DNA of 64,000 bases. Source: Piedraia hortae CBS 480.64. Its lineage: Eukaryota. A program made the position numbers and the translations under genes. The stretch covers positions 62,001 through 126,000 of the forward strand of contig MU005975.1 in assembly GCA_010093745.1 (NCBI GenBank). Direction: 5' to 3'. Positions 11,603 through 22,952 of the stretch are shown piece by piece. The notes below the pieces were generated by a model that saw only the letters and a list, made by a program, of their open reading frames with translations, made no database searches and had not been told where the DNA came from. Numbering within the stretch: position 1 is the first letter of the stretch; each line of letters starts with the position of its first letter.

Positions 11603-12688
11603 ACGTCGACCAATCAGCTCTATCAAGCGGACTAGATCCGTCAGCCAACGAGATAGCGCAGAATGAGCTCATCATCCAATCATCCTGGTGGGAATGCGCC
11701 AGATATTGTCGCGCTCACAACTTGGCCTATTTCCCAGTGCTTGCGAACATTTGTCATGCCCGTAGCAGCAGTGGCGACGATGTAGCAGACGATTCAATCG
11801 TACATATTGGCAGTGCGATGATTGTGAGCGAGGAGAACGCTGATTTTATGTGTACAATGTACGACGCGTAGACAGGCGTGAATCACAAGACAGCTTAGTA
11901 ACCATTCTGACGGTAAAGTGTCAGGCTTCAGAATGCCGAAAGCAGTAATCAATGTCGCCTCAAATGGAAAGCCCTGAGCCTGATCAGAATGAAGTATCCG
12001 CTCAACCCATTCTGATCAGGTTAATTTGGCATATCATATTGAGTAACCGCTAACCCTAATTAGGACCTTGATCAGACTGCCTGACGGGAAGTACCCAAAG
12101 CCTTACTTAAAAGATCCGACCTCCAATCAAACCCCAGCGCAACCATCATCTTGGAGAGTCGGCGTTAAGAAGGTCTCAACCCCGCGATTGACGTACGTTT
12201 CCGTGAATGCCTTACTTCAATTCTTCCTGAAAAGGCCCCAAGGTCCGGAGTCACTCGGCGGACGTGGTCCCATCCTCACGGATCTAGCGATCTGCACCAG
12301 CCCGTGGGAATTAACGGAAAATGTAACCACGACGCAAGCACGCGATAGGCACTGCGACACGGGAAGAGACAGTGTTTGCTTTCGAGAGGTTTAGACTATA
12401 AACCCCCGAAGGGCAAACATTCCTCTCCATCTTGATAATCCTACTGCTTCCGACTATCAAAGGTTTTCAGATTGTGATTGTGAGGGGATTTGCTACTTTA
12501 GCGGGACTACTTTAAAGGGTGACATAATGGGCGATCCGATCGGCCGAGCGTTCGTGCTGCCCCGCACTAGTTCGAAAGTGGAAAAGCGCAGGGAGAGGAA
12601 TTGGACGGAGAAGAAGGAGGGGGAAATCGGAATCGACAAAAGAAGATTGTCTGTTGGACAGATTCTGAAAATGGTTGCGCCGCGTGGG

Positions 12689-13267
12689 ATGTCGTTTTCG
12701 TCGAAGGGACCGGGGAGTGTGCTGCGGTTTGATGGTACGTATAGCATTCCTCCCGTGATATGTCTGTGTGAGGGGGACCATGGTTTGACGACAACAGGCA
12801 AGGACCTCCGCATTGGGATTGTGAACGCACGATGGAACAACGATATTATTGACCTTTTGCTCGCGGGGGCGAAGAAGGCGCTTAAAGACGCGGGCGTCAA
12901 GGATGAGAATATTGTGATTCAGACTGTGCCGGGGAGTTATGAACTGCCGTTGGCAGTGACGGGAATGGCTAATGCTGGCAAGACGGCGGGAGCTCCTTTC
13001 GATGCTATCATTGCTATTGGTGCCCTTATCAAGGGACATACGATGCATTTTGAGTATATCGCTGACGCGGTGTCGCATGGGTTGATGAGGGTTCAGATCG
13101 ACACGGGCTGTCCCGTTATCTTTGGATTGTTGACCCTGTTGAATGCCGCTCAGGGGATGGAGCGCGCGGGGGCAGATGGGGGACACAATCATGGTGAGGA
13201 TTGGGGATATGCGGCTGTGGAATTGGGGTCTAAGAGGAGAGCGTGGGGCCAGGGGAAGTTTGTGTAG
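12689..13267 (+). CDS. RIB4: 6,7-dimethyl-8-ribityllumazine synthase; exons 12689-12734 and 12798-13267
   Basis: [39 protein letters not shown] motifs; 63-nt GTACGT..ACAG intron gives [24 protein letters not shown] 12671 is an alternative start. Confidence 0.93.
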   Translation: MSFSSKGPGSVLRFDGTYSIPPVICLCEGDHGLTTTGKDLRIGIVNARWNNDIIDLLLAGAKKALKDAGVKDENIVIQTVPGSYELPLAVTGMANAGKTAGAPFDAIIAIGALIKGHTMHFEYIADAVSHGLMRVQIDTGCPVIFGLLTLLNAAQGMERAGADGGHNHGEDWGYAAVELGSKRRAWGQGKFV

Positions 13268-13287
13268 GTAGATTTTTGCGTGTTTTT

Positions 13288-14754
13288 CTATGGTGTCCAG
13301 AAACGTTTCTTTCTTCGCCGGACAAATGTGTAGTCGTCTAAGACTTCTGATGCGTCTGATGGAGGCCCAAGGTCGCTTTCCCACTCGTCTTGGGACTTGC
13401 TGTCGCCGTCGTCGTCTTCGTTCTCTTCGGAATAGCTGCTGACCACGACAGTTTCGGCAGCTTCAGACTCTCGATAGGCTCCCAAGCAGGTGATTCTATT
13501 GCCTGTTTCAATGGAGCCGAGGCCCCGGCCGATGAGGCCCTTTCCGTCCTTGAGTTCCTCGTAGGTAATGTGCCAGATCCTGATGGTGCCATCGCTGCCC
13601 GCGGCAACGACGAGGAAGGAGGAGGAATCGACGTCTACTATCTCAACGCACTTGATACGTGACTTGACTCCATTTTCCCTTCCGCCCATGTACCCCACAC
13701 GGGGTAACCTGACCAGTTCAGCTTTTTCCTCAGCCGGTAGATCGCTAATACGGAAAAATAAAACTCTTCCATCCTCTGTTGACACTACCAGGGTCGTTTT
13801 CCGCAACACAGTCATAGAATGCAACTTGGTCCTCGGCTCCGGAAGAGCAACGGCTTTGAGTTTCGCATCAAGGCCCATTACGGCTATTCCAGTCTCAAAG
13901 GCAATGCAAAATGTGCTGCCCTTCTCAGACCATGCAACGGCGATGCCCTCCTTGCGGTCAAACTTGCCGAGTCCAACAGACTCGAGGATCTTCTTGCTGA
14001 AATTGAGGACACCGGCCTTTTCTCCAGTAGTAAGATCCCACGTACGGATGCATTTCTCACCTCTGCCAACGCTGAGCATGAGCTTTTGATCGGGATGGAT
14101 TGCAAATGAGTTGATGCCCGCGGGAAGATCGTCGATGCGGGCAGTGTCACCCGATGGACGGCCCTGGGCCTTGGGTAGGGGAGCTTTTAGGGTAGATAGC
14201 ACGGTCCAGTCTTTTGGACGGGAGATGGCTATTGTGTTGTCTTCTGCTGCACTGAACAGTTTCTTATTGGCGGAAAATGCCAAACAGGTGATTGCGCGAT
14301 CATGATGTAGCAGGCTCCCAAGAGTCTTATTGGAGCCGCCACCGATGCTGTAAAGGTTGATCTTGTCGTCTGCCCCCCCAGTCGCCAGAATGCGTCGATT
14401 GAGATTACCGTCTGGCGGAGAGATGGCAAGACATTTGATGATGCTGGCATGGGGAGTGAACAGAAATTTGTCTTCAGATTCGAGTTGCCTGATGCCGTCT
14501 TCATTTAAAGCAACGGTGACTGTCAAGCCATGCAGAACATGTTCGTAGGAGCCATAGATAATGTTTAGCTGCACCGGGGCGGAATGATTCGAGGTCCCTG
14601 TCCTGGGTTTCGTTATCTTGGACGGTTCTGCCTCGACTTCGGACCATTTTGAAGCAGAAGGGACCGGTTTGCCCTCGATTCTTGCTTTTGAGACTTTGGC
14701 GACTAGTTCGGTTCCGCGCTTACGTTTGCCAGTAGTCTCTGTGCCCTTTGCCAT
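13288..14754 (-). CDS. MAK11: WD40 60S ribosome biogenesis factor Mak11/PAK1IP1
   Basis: IIYGSYEHVLHG, FLFTPHASIIKCLA, LATGGADDKINLY, GINSFAIHP, ETGNRITCL motifs. Confidence 0.88.
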   Translation of the reverse strand: MAKGTETTGKRKRGTELVAKVSKARIEGKPVPSASKWSEVEAEPSKITKPRTGTSNHSAPVQLNIIYGSYEHVLHGLTVTVALNEDGIRQLESEDKFLFTPHASIIKCLAISPPDGNLNRRILATGGADDKINLYSIGGGSNKTLGSLLHHDRAITCLAFSANKKLFSAAEDNTIAISRPKDWTVLSTLKAPLPKAQGRPSGDTARIDDLPAGINSFAIHPDQKLMLSVGRGEKCIRTWDLTTGEKAGVLNFSKKILESVGLGKFDRKEGIAVAWSEKGSTFCIAFETGIAVMGLDAKLKAVALPEPRTKLHSMTVLRKTTLVVSTEDGRVLFFRISDLPAEEKAELVRLPRVGYMGGRENGVKSRIKCVEIVDVDSSSFLVVAAGSDGTIRIWHITYEELKDGKGLIGRGLGSIETGNRITCLGAYRESEAAETVVVSSYSEENEDDDGDSKSQDEWESDLGPPSDASEVLDDYTFVRRRKKRFWTP

Positions 14755-15822
14755 GTTGCGACTGGATATATTTTTTGATCGCGTCTGGCGGAAAATTAAG
14801 GCGTCCGTGCGTCTGCAAGGGCGGGCCCGAGCCGGGCCGCCCGTTGCGCTAGTCGTCGATTGGTCAACTCCCAGAGGAACACGATTGTATCGCTCTTCTT
14901 TGACAAGTCACAAACAGGCAGCAGGAAGAGGGATCCCGCGGATGACGTTGCCCACGGCGACTGCTTGTTCCCGAGGAGTATTCACTCACGGCCTGAGCCA
15001 TGATCCCTCCCAAACGCCCTGATGCCTCCGGCAGAGTGTCAAGCCGGCCGAGGGGAATCCTGACACTGCCGGCATCATGAGCAGTACTACATACCCCTCG
15101 CCGTTGCAGCCGCCAAGATCTCCAAAGAGGGGGGGGCCACAGATTGCCCACTCCGGGCTAGCGACGGTTGATAAAATCTGGCTGCATATCCTGCCCTTGA
15201 GAAGTTCATCCGAACACACCACAAGAGCCCCCACTGGACCGATACCCATCCGAATGCCCGTTCACCAGAAACCAGCTACCAGACATCGTTACTCCCAAGG
15301 GCATGCATTACAAGCCAACCGCCCGCCAGACAAGAGAGCTATCTTCCTTCAATCCTGTGTCTCTCTGCACCGACGAGGAGAAGGAACAATCCAGGCATAT
15401 TGCATTATCCTACGGCTAGACTGTCTGGCCACAGCAAGCGGAGCTCCACGACAATCAATGCCTTGCTTTGGGCTGTCTCAGACGACATGGACAAGGACCA
15501 TGGACGACGTCGACAGAATGGATTATTGGAACAACGACATATGCTTAATGACACATTGCCCAGTCACACCTGCAGTTCTCTCTTATAACAGTGGGCATCG
15601 GCGTTGGGGGATGTGATAAATCACAGTCACGGGACCTTTGACCAATCAGAACGGAGCAGCGGGGAAAGTTGCAAGTCGACCGCGAAGACCACGACCAGCG
15701 ACTTTGCGGAACCCATCAACAACTTTTCGATAAATTCGAGGCAACGGTTGGAAACAACGCTTAAAGGGCAGGCTGACCAGGCTCTGGGCTCTGAATGGTC
15801 ATTTGCACGCTGGTTCCCCCAC

Positions 15823-18800
15823 ATGTCTGCTGCCGACCGTCGCGACGCCGTCTCACCAACATGTATAACCACGTAAGTACGCCCTTTGGACGCCCAAAAC
15901 ACGTAGCATACTCCTCTACCGGCCAATGCGACACCAAATATGCATTTGTTTTGTCGTTTGACGCGCAGGTTGGGTGGCTAACGTCGACAGATATGAGACG
16001 GCCGCCCGCCGTCGGGTCAACGTCCTGCGCGCAGTCACCGACGTCTTAATCCACAACTCGGGTCTGGAGGGCATTGCTAGCAATGTTGCGGCCTCTGCAA
16101 GCGAAAAAGTCAGGTGAGTTGGATCTCTTACTCCTCTTTGGAGTCGTCGCTGACCGCGTTGCGACAGCAGTGGCCCGTTTAACCAGTCCACCCTGCCCCA
16201 TCCACGCATTTCTCTCTTTACGCCCGTACCGAAGCCTCCGTCGCCGGATGGCGCGCATGAGTTGCCAGATGAACCGACCCCTGCAGTGGCGGCAGAGTCG
16301 TTTGCGCACTCGTCGCCCCCGACCGCGTCGCAAGCGGCCAACGCTCCCTTACGCCGCCAGAGCATTCGCTCCCGTCCGTCACAGATCCATACACAGACCG
16401 AAATTGTCTCCTCCCCATCGTCCACCATCGGCACATTCTCCGCGACCACCCCTGGAATAAATCAAGAGTCGCCCGACACCTCGCCGGGCTCCGACACGGC
16501 TCAGGACAACATCCTAATCCAGCCCGAGCATGAACGGATCCTCGCTGCTCAAAAGGAGGAAGCTCGACGACGCGCGGCTGGTGGTGAGGTCACGCCGGAT
16601 GAGCAATTGCAGTGGGAGGCACGAGAGGCTGAGGAGCGGACGGCGAGACTTTGCAAGGACGCTTCTAACGGCGTTGTTGAGCGCAAACGCTCTCATCAAG
16701 ATGCGATTCTAGAGGCGAGCAGTCCGCCATCCAAGAGACTGAGAGTGGAAGTGGACGTGCCAACTATTGTCTGCCAACCTCCCAGCCCCAGAAGTTCTTC
16801 GCAACGGGACCTGCCTACAGAGAAGCGTCGCGTCCTTTTCAAGGAGTGGCCGAAAAAGTACGATTCGCTCAAAGGGGCAGCCGACGACCCGTACAGAGAC
16901 TACTTTGAGCCACTCTTCCGCGCCTCTGCCCGAGAGTCTGCAAAGCGTCACTCGCTCAAAGATCGCGTAGAAGGAGCCCGCAAATGCGTCTTGACCGAAG
17001 ACTTTGCAACGGCCTGGCGGGAACAGCGAGATCAACGGGTTCTCCGTCGCATTCACGCCCTACAAGACAAGAATAAGTGGTCGCTCCGCCAGATGCAACC
17101 TGCCAAGGAGCCCAAGCCTCTCGTGACCCATCTGGACGTCATGATGAGGGAGATGCGGGAGATGCGTCGTGACTTCCGAGACGAACGGAAGCTAAAGAAG
17201 AAAATTTGTGCCCATCTGGCGAGATCATGTGCCGAATACATGGCAGCTGACGAGGAAAAGAAGAAGTCGATGCAGGGCCGCTTCCGTCTACCGGAGGCAG
17301 ACGGTCCCTGTGTGCACGTCATCATTCCGGACAGTCTGCGAGACGTGTTCTCCTCGTCTGAAATCGAGAAGGCGGTGCATAAACTAACCGCTACCAAGGA
17401 CGTGGTGGAGAAGCCGGAGACGCTGGTGGCAGTGTCAAAGTTTGCACACAGAAAGTTGGTGCCTGTTTACTCGAGCAACGACGACGACGACGAGGAGGAG
17501 CCGATGCAGGCTGCAGAGGCCGAAGCATCCGTCGAAAGCGAATTGGCTCTGTTTCACCCAGAATATCAGCATCTGCGTGACCGGTTGCACGCCAATACCG
17601 TCTTCAAGCCGCCGACGTCGTCGGGCATGCCGTCTGCTGCCTTTTACGAGTTCCGCTCCAGCTCGCAGTGGCAGTGGGAAGACGACCAGAGGCTACGTCA
17701 GGCTGCGAGGGAGTTTTCGTTCAATTGGGATCTCATTTCGAACATCATGGCAGATCGTTCGCGGTATGCCAATGCTGCCGAACGTCGTAGTGCGTGGGAA
17801 TCATTTGAACGCTGGGTCGAGTTGGAACAGCTGCCGGGCGAGATGCGCAAGCAGCCGTACTTCAAAACCTGGTTCGGACGCATTGAACAGGGACAGCAAG
17901 GGGCCGACCAGCGCCTCCAGAATCTCCTGTCAAATGGCCAAGCTGCCCAGCAGCCGGTCAAGAAAACGGGCCCGCAGCGTGTGGAGAAGCGCAAAGACCA
18001 TCGTTACACTTCTCTGCTTGATACGATGCACAAGAGCGCCAAGAACAGGGAGAACAACGCGCACAAGACGGCCGAAGCGCTCAGAGCCGCCCGTCAGCGT
18101 CGGCAACACGCAGATCAGGCAGCCCAAACGGCCCAGACGCCGGTCACCTTGCGTTCTCCCTTTGAACTCAGCAAGCGACGGCAGGAAATCGATGTTAGCT
18201 TGCTCATGACCAACCGTTCCAAGTTGGACGCTTTGCGACATAACCAAATGGCCCGCCAAGCCCACGCGCCAAACGCCCATCGTCTTCAGGCGAACGGAGC
18301 CACCCGCGCTCCTGCACGTACCGCTGGTTCGCATGGCATGATGGCTGGCACGGGCGTCCAGGGCCAGATGCCGCGGCCGCAGTACAGCAGCCAGTACCAA
18401 ATGGCAAACGGGCCCGGAAGTCAACAGACGCTTGCCCGTGGTCAGCAGCTCAAGGTACCGATGCAGCAGCCCAACGGCACTGGAGTTCCTCGAATGGCAG
18501 CGGCTCGACCTTCCAACCAGATGCAGCGTCACGGTCAGCTTTCTTCTGGTCACACTCCGCGCATCTTACAGATTAAGGAAACCCTGCGCAAGCAAAACCC
18601 CAACATGACAGAGGAGCAGATTGAGCAAGCTGCTACCAGCACCTTGCGGGAACAGGAGACCGCCCAGGCCCAACAGAGTCTCTTGGCTCGACAAAATGCC
18701 ATGAACGCAGCTGCGGGTCTCTCACAGCCCAGCAGCATCCCCGGCTTCCCCTCGACATTTGCTAAGAACCCGAGAATGGCAGGTGGCGATGCACATGTAG

Positions 18801-19069
18801 CGGCCGTGTATGCGCTGCAAATGCGCGATCGTCAACACGCCCAGATGATGCAGCCGTCGCCTAACCTCCAGCGTGCGGTCAACGGTGGAAGTCCAAAGCC
18901 TAACAGTCCTCCTGTAGCTTATGCTACCACTGCAGCTACGGGAACTGCCAACATGGGAACTGCCACTATTGGTACCAGACCGGGCACCTCGCAGATGAGA
19001 CGAGTGGATGGAATGAGCCCTACGGTGGGCCAGCGTAGCCCGAGTGTGCGGACTAGTTCTGCTCGTTAG
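15823..19069 (+). CDS. EAF1: NuA4 scaffold Eaf1/Vid21; predicted exons 15823-15872, 15991-16113, 16168-19069
   Basis: KWSLRQ..THLDVMMREMREMRRDFRDERKLK (HSA domain) and WQWEDDQRL..FNWDLIS..RRSAWESFERW (SANT/Myb). Two upstream introns (GTAAGT..GCTAAC..CAG; GTGAGT..GCTGAC..CAG) join in frame; 5' exons are less certain than the body. Confidence 0.85.
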
Positions 19070-19193
19070 ATTCAGCAGTAGCTAGACAGTTGTATGACTC
19101 GGTTGAATGGGGATGTATTCAAAAGTGATTTCTTTTGCAAAAAGCTGTGACAGCTGTGCTACGTGAGGTCTTTTGTGGCCGTCAAACCCACCC

Positions 19194-19218
19194 AAAAAAA
19201 AAAAAAAAAAAAAAAAAA
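19194..19218 (+). repeat. A25 homopolymer downstream of EAF1
   Basis: Read directly. Confidence 0.9.
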
Positions 19219-19816
19219 GAAGTGTTGTACCTGGATGCTTTTCAAGTGGATCGCTGTAGTTTCCGAGTCGTATACGGCTTGCTGAGTAGGAATGGTGTCT
19301 ACTCCCATCGTGCTCATTTGTGGTAGTCATCAGAGAAGCTCTAATATGTTGTACCTCAACACTTTTAAAGCAAGCTACAGTCATTCCAGAGTTGTGTCCA
19401 ATTTTGGCGGTTGAGTAATAACCACTTGATTCATGATGTTCAATAATTTCCAAGTGAGATCCGGGCAGTTTTAAGTCATGTCATCTGCCTAAATTTTACC
19501 AACAAGCACTAACCGCTGTACCTCGACACGTTCTAAGAGGACTGCGGTCTTTCAAAATTCGTACTCAGGCTTGGTGCTGGAAAAACCCACTTAAGGTTCG
19601 ATATCTTGACAGCTCTTAAGCGAACTAAGCGAGATTCAAAGTCGTGTTCATTACAGATTATTATGTAACAACAATTTAATTCCCGTATCCTAACAATTGC
19701 CAAACTCCAATTCCAAACCATAACGCTCCGCAAACTCGTACCCACGCCCCGGAGAATATCCTCATGACGTAACCCTACATATTCACGTCAATCCCACACC
19801 ACCTCCACCCCTAGCC

Positions 19817-22298
19817 ATGAGCGATACCCACCCGGGCCGGAACTCCACCGACGACGACAACAAATACCGCAAGCTCCTCGGCGCGGATAGTCCACGCGAC
19901 ACTGGAATCCAAATCGGGCTGTCCCTCCTGCTCGGCCTAAGCGCGTTCCTAGCCTTCTGCGTCCTCAGACTCCGATTCAAAGATCTCTACGGCGCAAAGC
20001 ATCGCAAGCCCGTTGAAATAGACGACGAAGAAGATGACGGGGAGAGATTGAATTATTCTCCTCAAGAGAATGGTATCAAGAACCCCCTCCCAGACCTCCC
20101 GGATACGCTCTTCGGCTGGATCTGGCCCGTGTGGAAAGTGACGGATCAGCAGCTCCTTGCATCCGCGGGACTCGACGCGTATGTTTTTCTTGCGTTTTTT
20201 CGTCTAGCGGGGAAGTTCCTCTCCGTGGCGCTGTTTTTTGCGGTTGTGGTGATTAAACCCGTGCATGATAGGTTTCCGGATAAGGTCGTGGGGATGCCGG
20301 GGAATGGGACTGCTGGTGGGATGGAGATTGAAGCTACTTCGCGGAAGGGAAGTAAGGCTTATCTCTGGATGTATGTTGTGTTTGGGTACTTTTTCACGGC
20401 GACTGCGGTATATCTGGTTTTTACGGAGACATGGCGTGTGATTTCGGTGCGGCAGGGTTACTTGGGATCGAGGAGGACGGTGGCGGATCGGACGATCAAG
20501 TTGACTGGTATACCGCCTGAACTGAGGGATGAGAAGCTCATTGCGGATGCGATTGAGATGCTTAATGTGGGGAAGGTTGAGAGTGTGACGCTTTGTAGGG
20601 ATTGGAGAGAGCTCGATAATGCGGTCAAGCATAGGGGCGTTGTTCTAAGGAAGCTGGAGGAGGCGATTGCGGTTAATCACACCAAGAGGGCGGTGGAGAG
20701 GAATAACGAGACGCTGCCGCTTGTTCAGCCGGAGCCGCCCGATCCTGCTCCCGTTGTGGGTGAGGTACCCTACGAGCGTCCGCGGCCGAAGACGACTATT
20801 CGCGCACATTGGTGGAGTCTGCGCGGGAGTCAGGTCGATGCAATCGACTATTACTCTGAGAAGCTGCGCAGAGCGGATTCACATATCCGTCAGCTGCGAG
20901 GAAGCGAATTCGTGGCTACGCCAGTAGCATTCATCACCCTCGACAGCGTAGCGTCAAGTCAAATGGCCATCCAAGCCGTCCTGGACCCATCGCCATTGCA
21001 ACTGATCGCCTCCCAATCACCCGCCCCCAGCGACGTAGTCTGGGAAAACACCTACCTCTCACGCAGAAATCGCATGACGCGCTCCTGGGTGATAACCATC
21101 CTCTTCGTCCTCTTAACAGTCTTCTGGTCCGGCATCTTCGCCCCCATCGCGGGAATGCTCACCCCAGAAGCTATCCACAAAGCCCTCCCTTCCGTCGCAG
21201 ATTTCCTTGACGAGCACGTCATCTTCAAGAGTCTCGTTACAACCCAACTACCAACCCTCATCGCGGCCTTGCTCATGATCCTAGTTCCCTACCTCTACTA
21301 CTACCTCTCCTGGTCCCAGGGCAGCATGTCCAAAGGCGAGATTGAAATTTCCGCAATCTCAAAGAACTTCTTTTTCATCTTCTTCAACTTCTTCGTCGTC
21401 TTTACAATCCTCGGGACTGCCTCCAACTACTTCAGCTACCTCAAACGCTTCAGGGAAACAATCGGCGACGTGGAGAAAGTAACATACACTTTGACCCGCT
21501 CCCTGCAGAACCTCCTGGTCTTCTACGTAAATTTCATCATCCTACAGGGTCTAGGCCTCTTACCTGTCCGACTGTTGGAGTTAGGGAGGGTTTTCTCCTA
21601 CGTAATGGGCTCGCTTGGGACGAAGACGCCCCGCGGTAAGCTGCCCTCCCCTTTCGCATCCATATATCTTCCCCACTAACCCCGGGGTAGATCGGTCTGA
21701 ACTTTTAACCCTCCCATTCTTCTGTTACAGCTTCACCCTCCCCACCTCTTTACTAGTCTTCATCATCAGTCTAGTCTATGCCGTCCTTCCAGCATCATGG
21801 TCCGTCCTCCTCGCGGGACTTGCATACTTCGTTATCGGCCATTTCGTGTTCAAGTACCAACTCCTCTACTCGATGGAACTGCAGCATAGTGCCGACGGGA
21901 CGGCGTGGGGGATGGTTTGTAATAACATCTTTTTGGGGTTGGTGTTTTTTCAAGTTACGACGGCGGGGGAGATGGTGCTTAAGAGGGCAGATTGGTGGAC
22001 GTTGGGTCTCATTCCGTTGGTGGTTGGCACGGTGTGGACGGCGGTTGTGTTTAGGAGATGTTATGCCCCGTTGCTGGAGCACATTGCGCTGAGGAGTGTA
22101 ACGGAGGGGGAGGGGTATTCGGATCTGGGCAGGAGGGATGGTAATGATGGGAGGGATGCTCCGCGGAGATTGGGGAGTGAGGAGTACCTTGTTGGAGAGG
22201 GGAATGTGTGGGCTGATGAGGGGATTGATGAACCGAGGGGGAGGGAATATGTTAATCCTTCGTTGGTGGGGGAGTTGAGGGGGCCGAAGGGATTGTAA
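19817..22298 (+). CDS. OSCA/TMEM63 (Csc1/Rsn1-family) cation channel; exons 19817-21635 and 21691-22298
   Basis: AGLDAYVFL, RTIKLTGIP, VDAIDYY, PAPSDVVWEN, KTPR|D motifs; 55-nt GTAAG..CTAAC..TAG intron joins the two ORFs in frame. Confidence 0.9.
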
Positions 22299-22952
22299 TT
22301 GTTGGGTGGTGGGTGTTTAGGCATTTTGTTTATGGATGGCTTTTGGGTGGGTTCCTCTGCATACTTTCTGAAAAATCCATGGGGGATGAAGGGGGCATGT
22401 TTTCACGTTTGCGTTTTGTGAGTCTTGGAAACAAATGTCACGCAGTGCATGCGAGATATACCTATGGAGTTGTTGGTATTCCTCGGAGTCACACAATCAA
22501 GTGTACGGAAAGGGAGCATCGGATATCAGGTAGATAGTACATGAAAATACTACGGATATGTCTCTTTCGCGGTCTGACAGAGCGTTTTGCTACTCATGCA
22601 TCTTGAACACATGAACAGAGTCGGTCTTTATTGGAAGATCCTCGAACGCCAGGCTCACAGACATAATGCACCGAATGATAGGCATGCAAGTAGGCAGTTG
22701 ATGGATTGGTTCTACGAATACATCTTATATTTTCTCCCAACAGCTGTTGCGGCGACCTGGAAGCGTATTCTCACGTTTCGAGGGAGCTATCACCGTATTG
22801 ACAGGGCTATCCTGCGAAGTGAAGTCGTAGTCGTCACTGTCTGTCGTCATGGCAGACAGTTGGCAGCCGCTAAACCCAAAGGGGAAGCCCCCCCCCGACC
22901 TCACATCTTACGCGTCGTCATCACCAAGCCATTTCTTCCCGCGCAAGCAATC

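Noticed and set aside
12512..13384. 290-aa ORF antisense to RIB4
   Set aside because: Shadow ORF with no recognisable motif
15077..15616. 179-aa ORF between MAK11 and EAF1
   Set aside because: No domain or other support; lies in a divergent promoter region
22587..22952. N-terminal 122 aa of the 1533-aa ORF
   Set aside because: TTG-started open frame upstream of the Pan1-like start at ATG 22953
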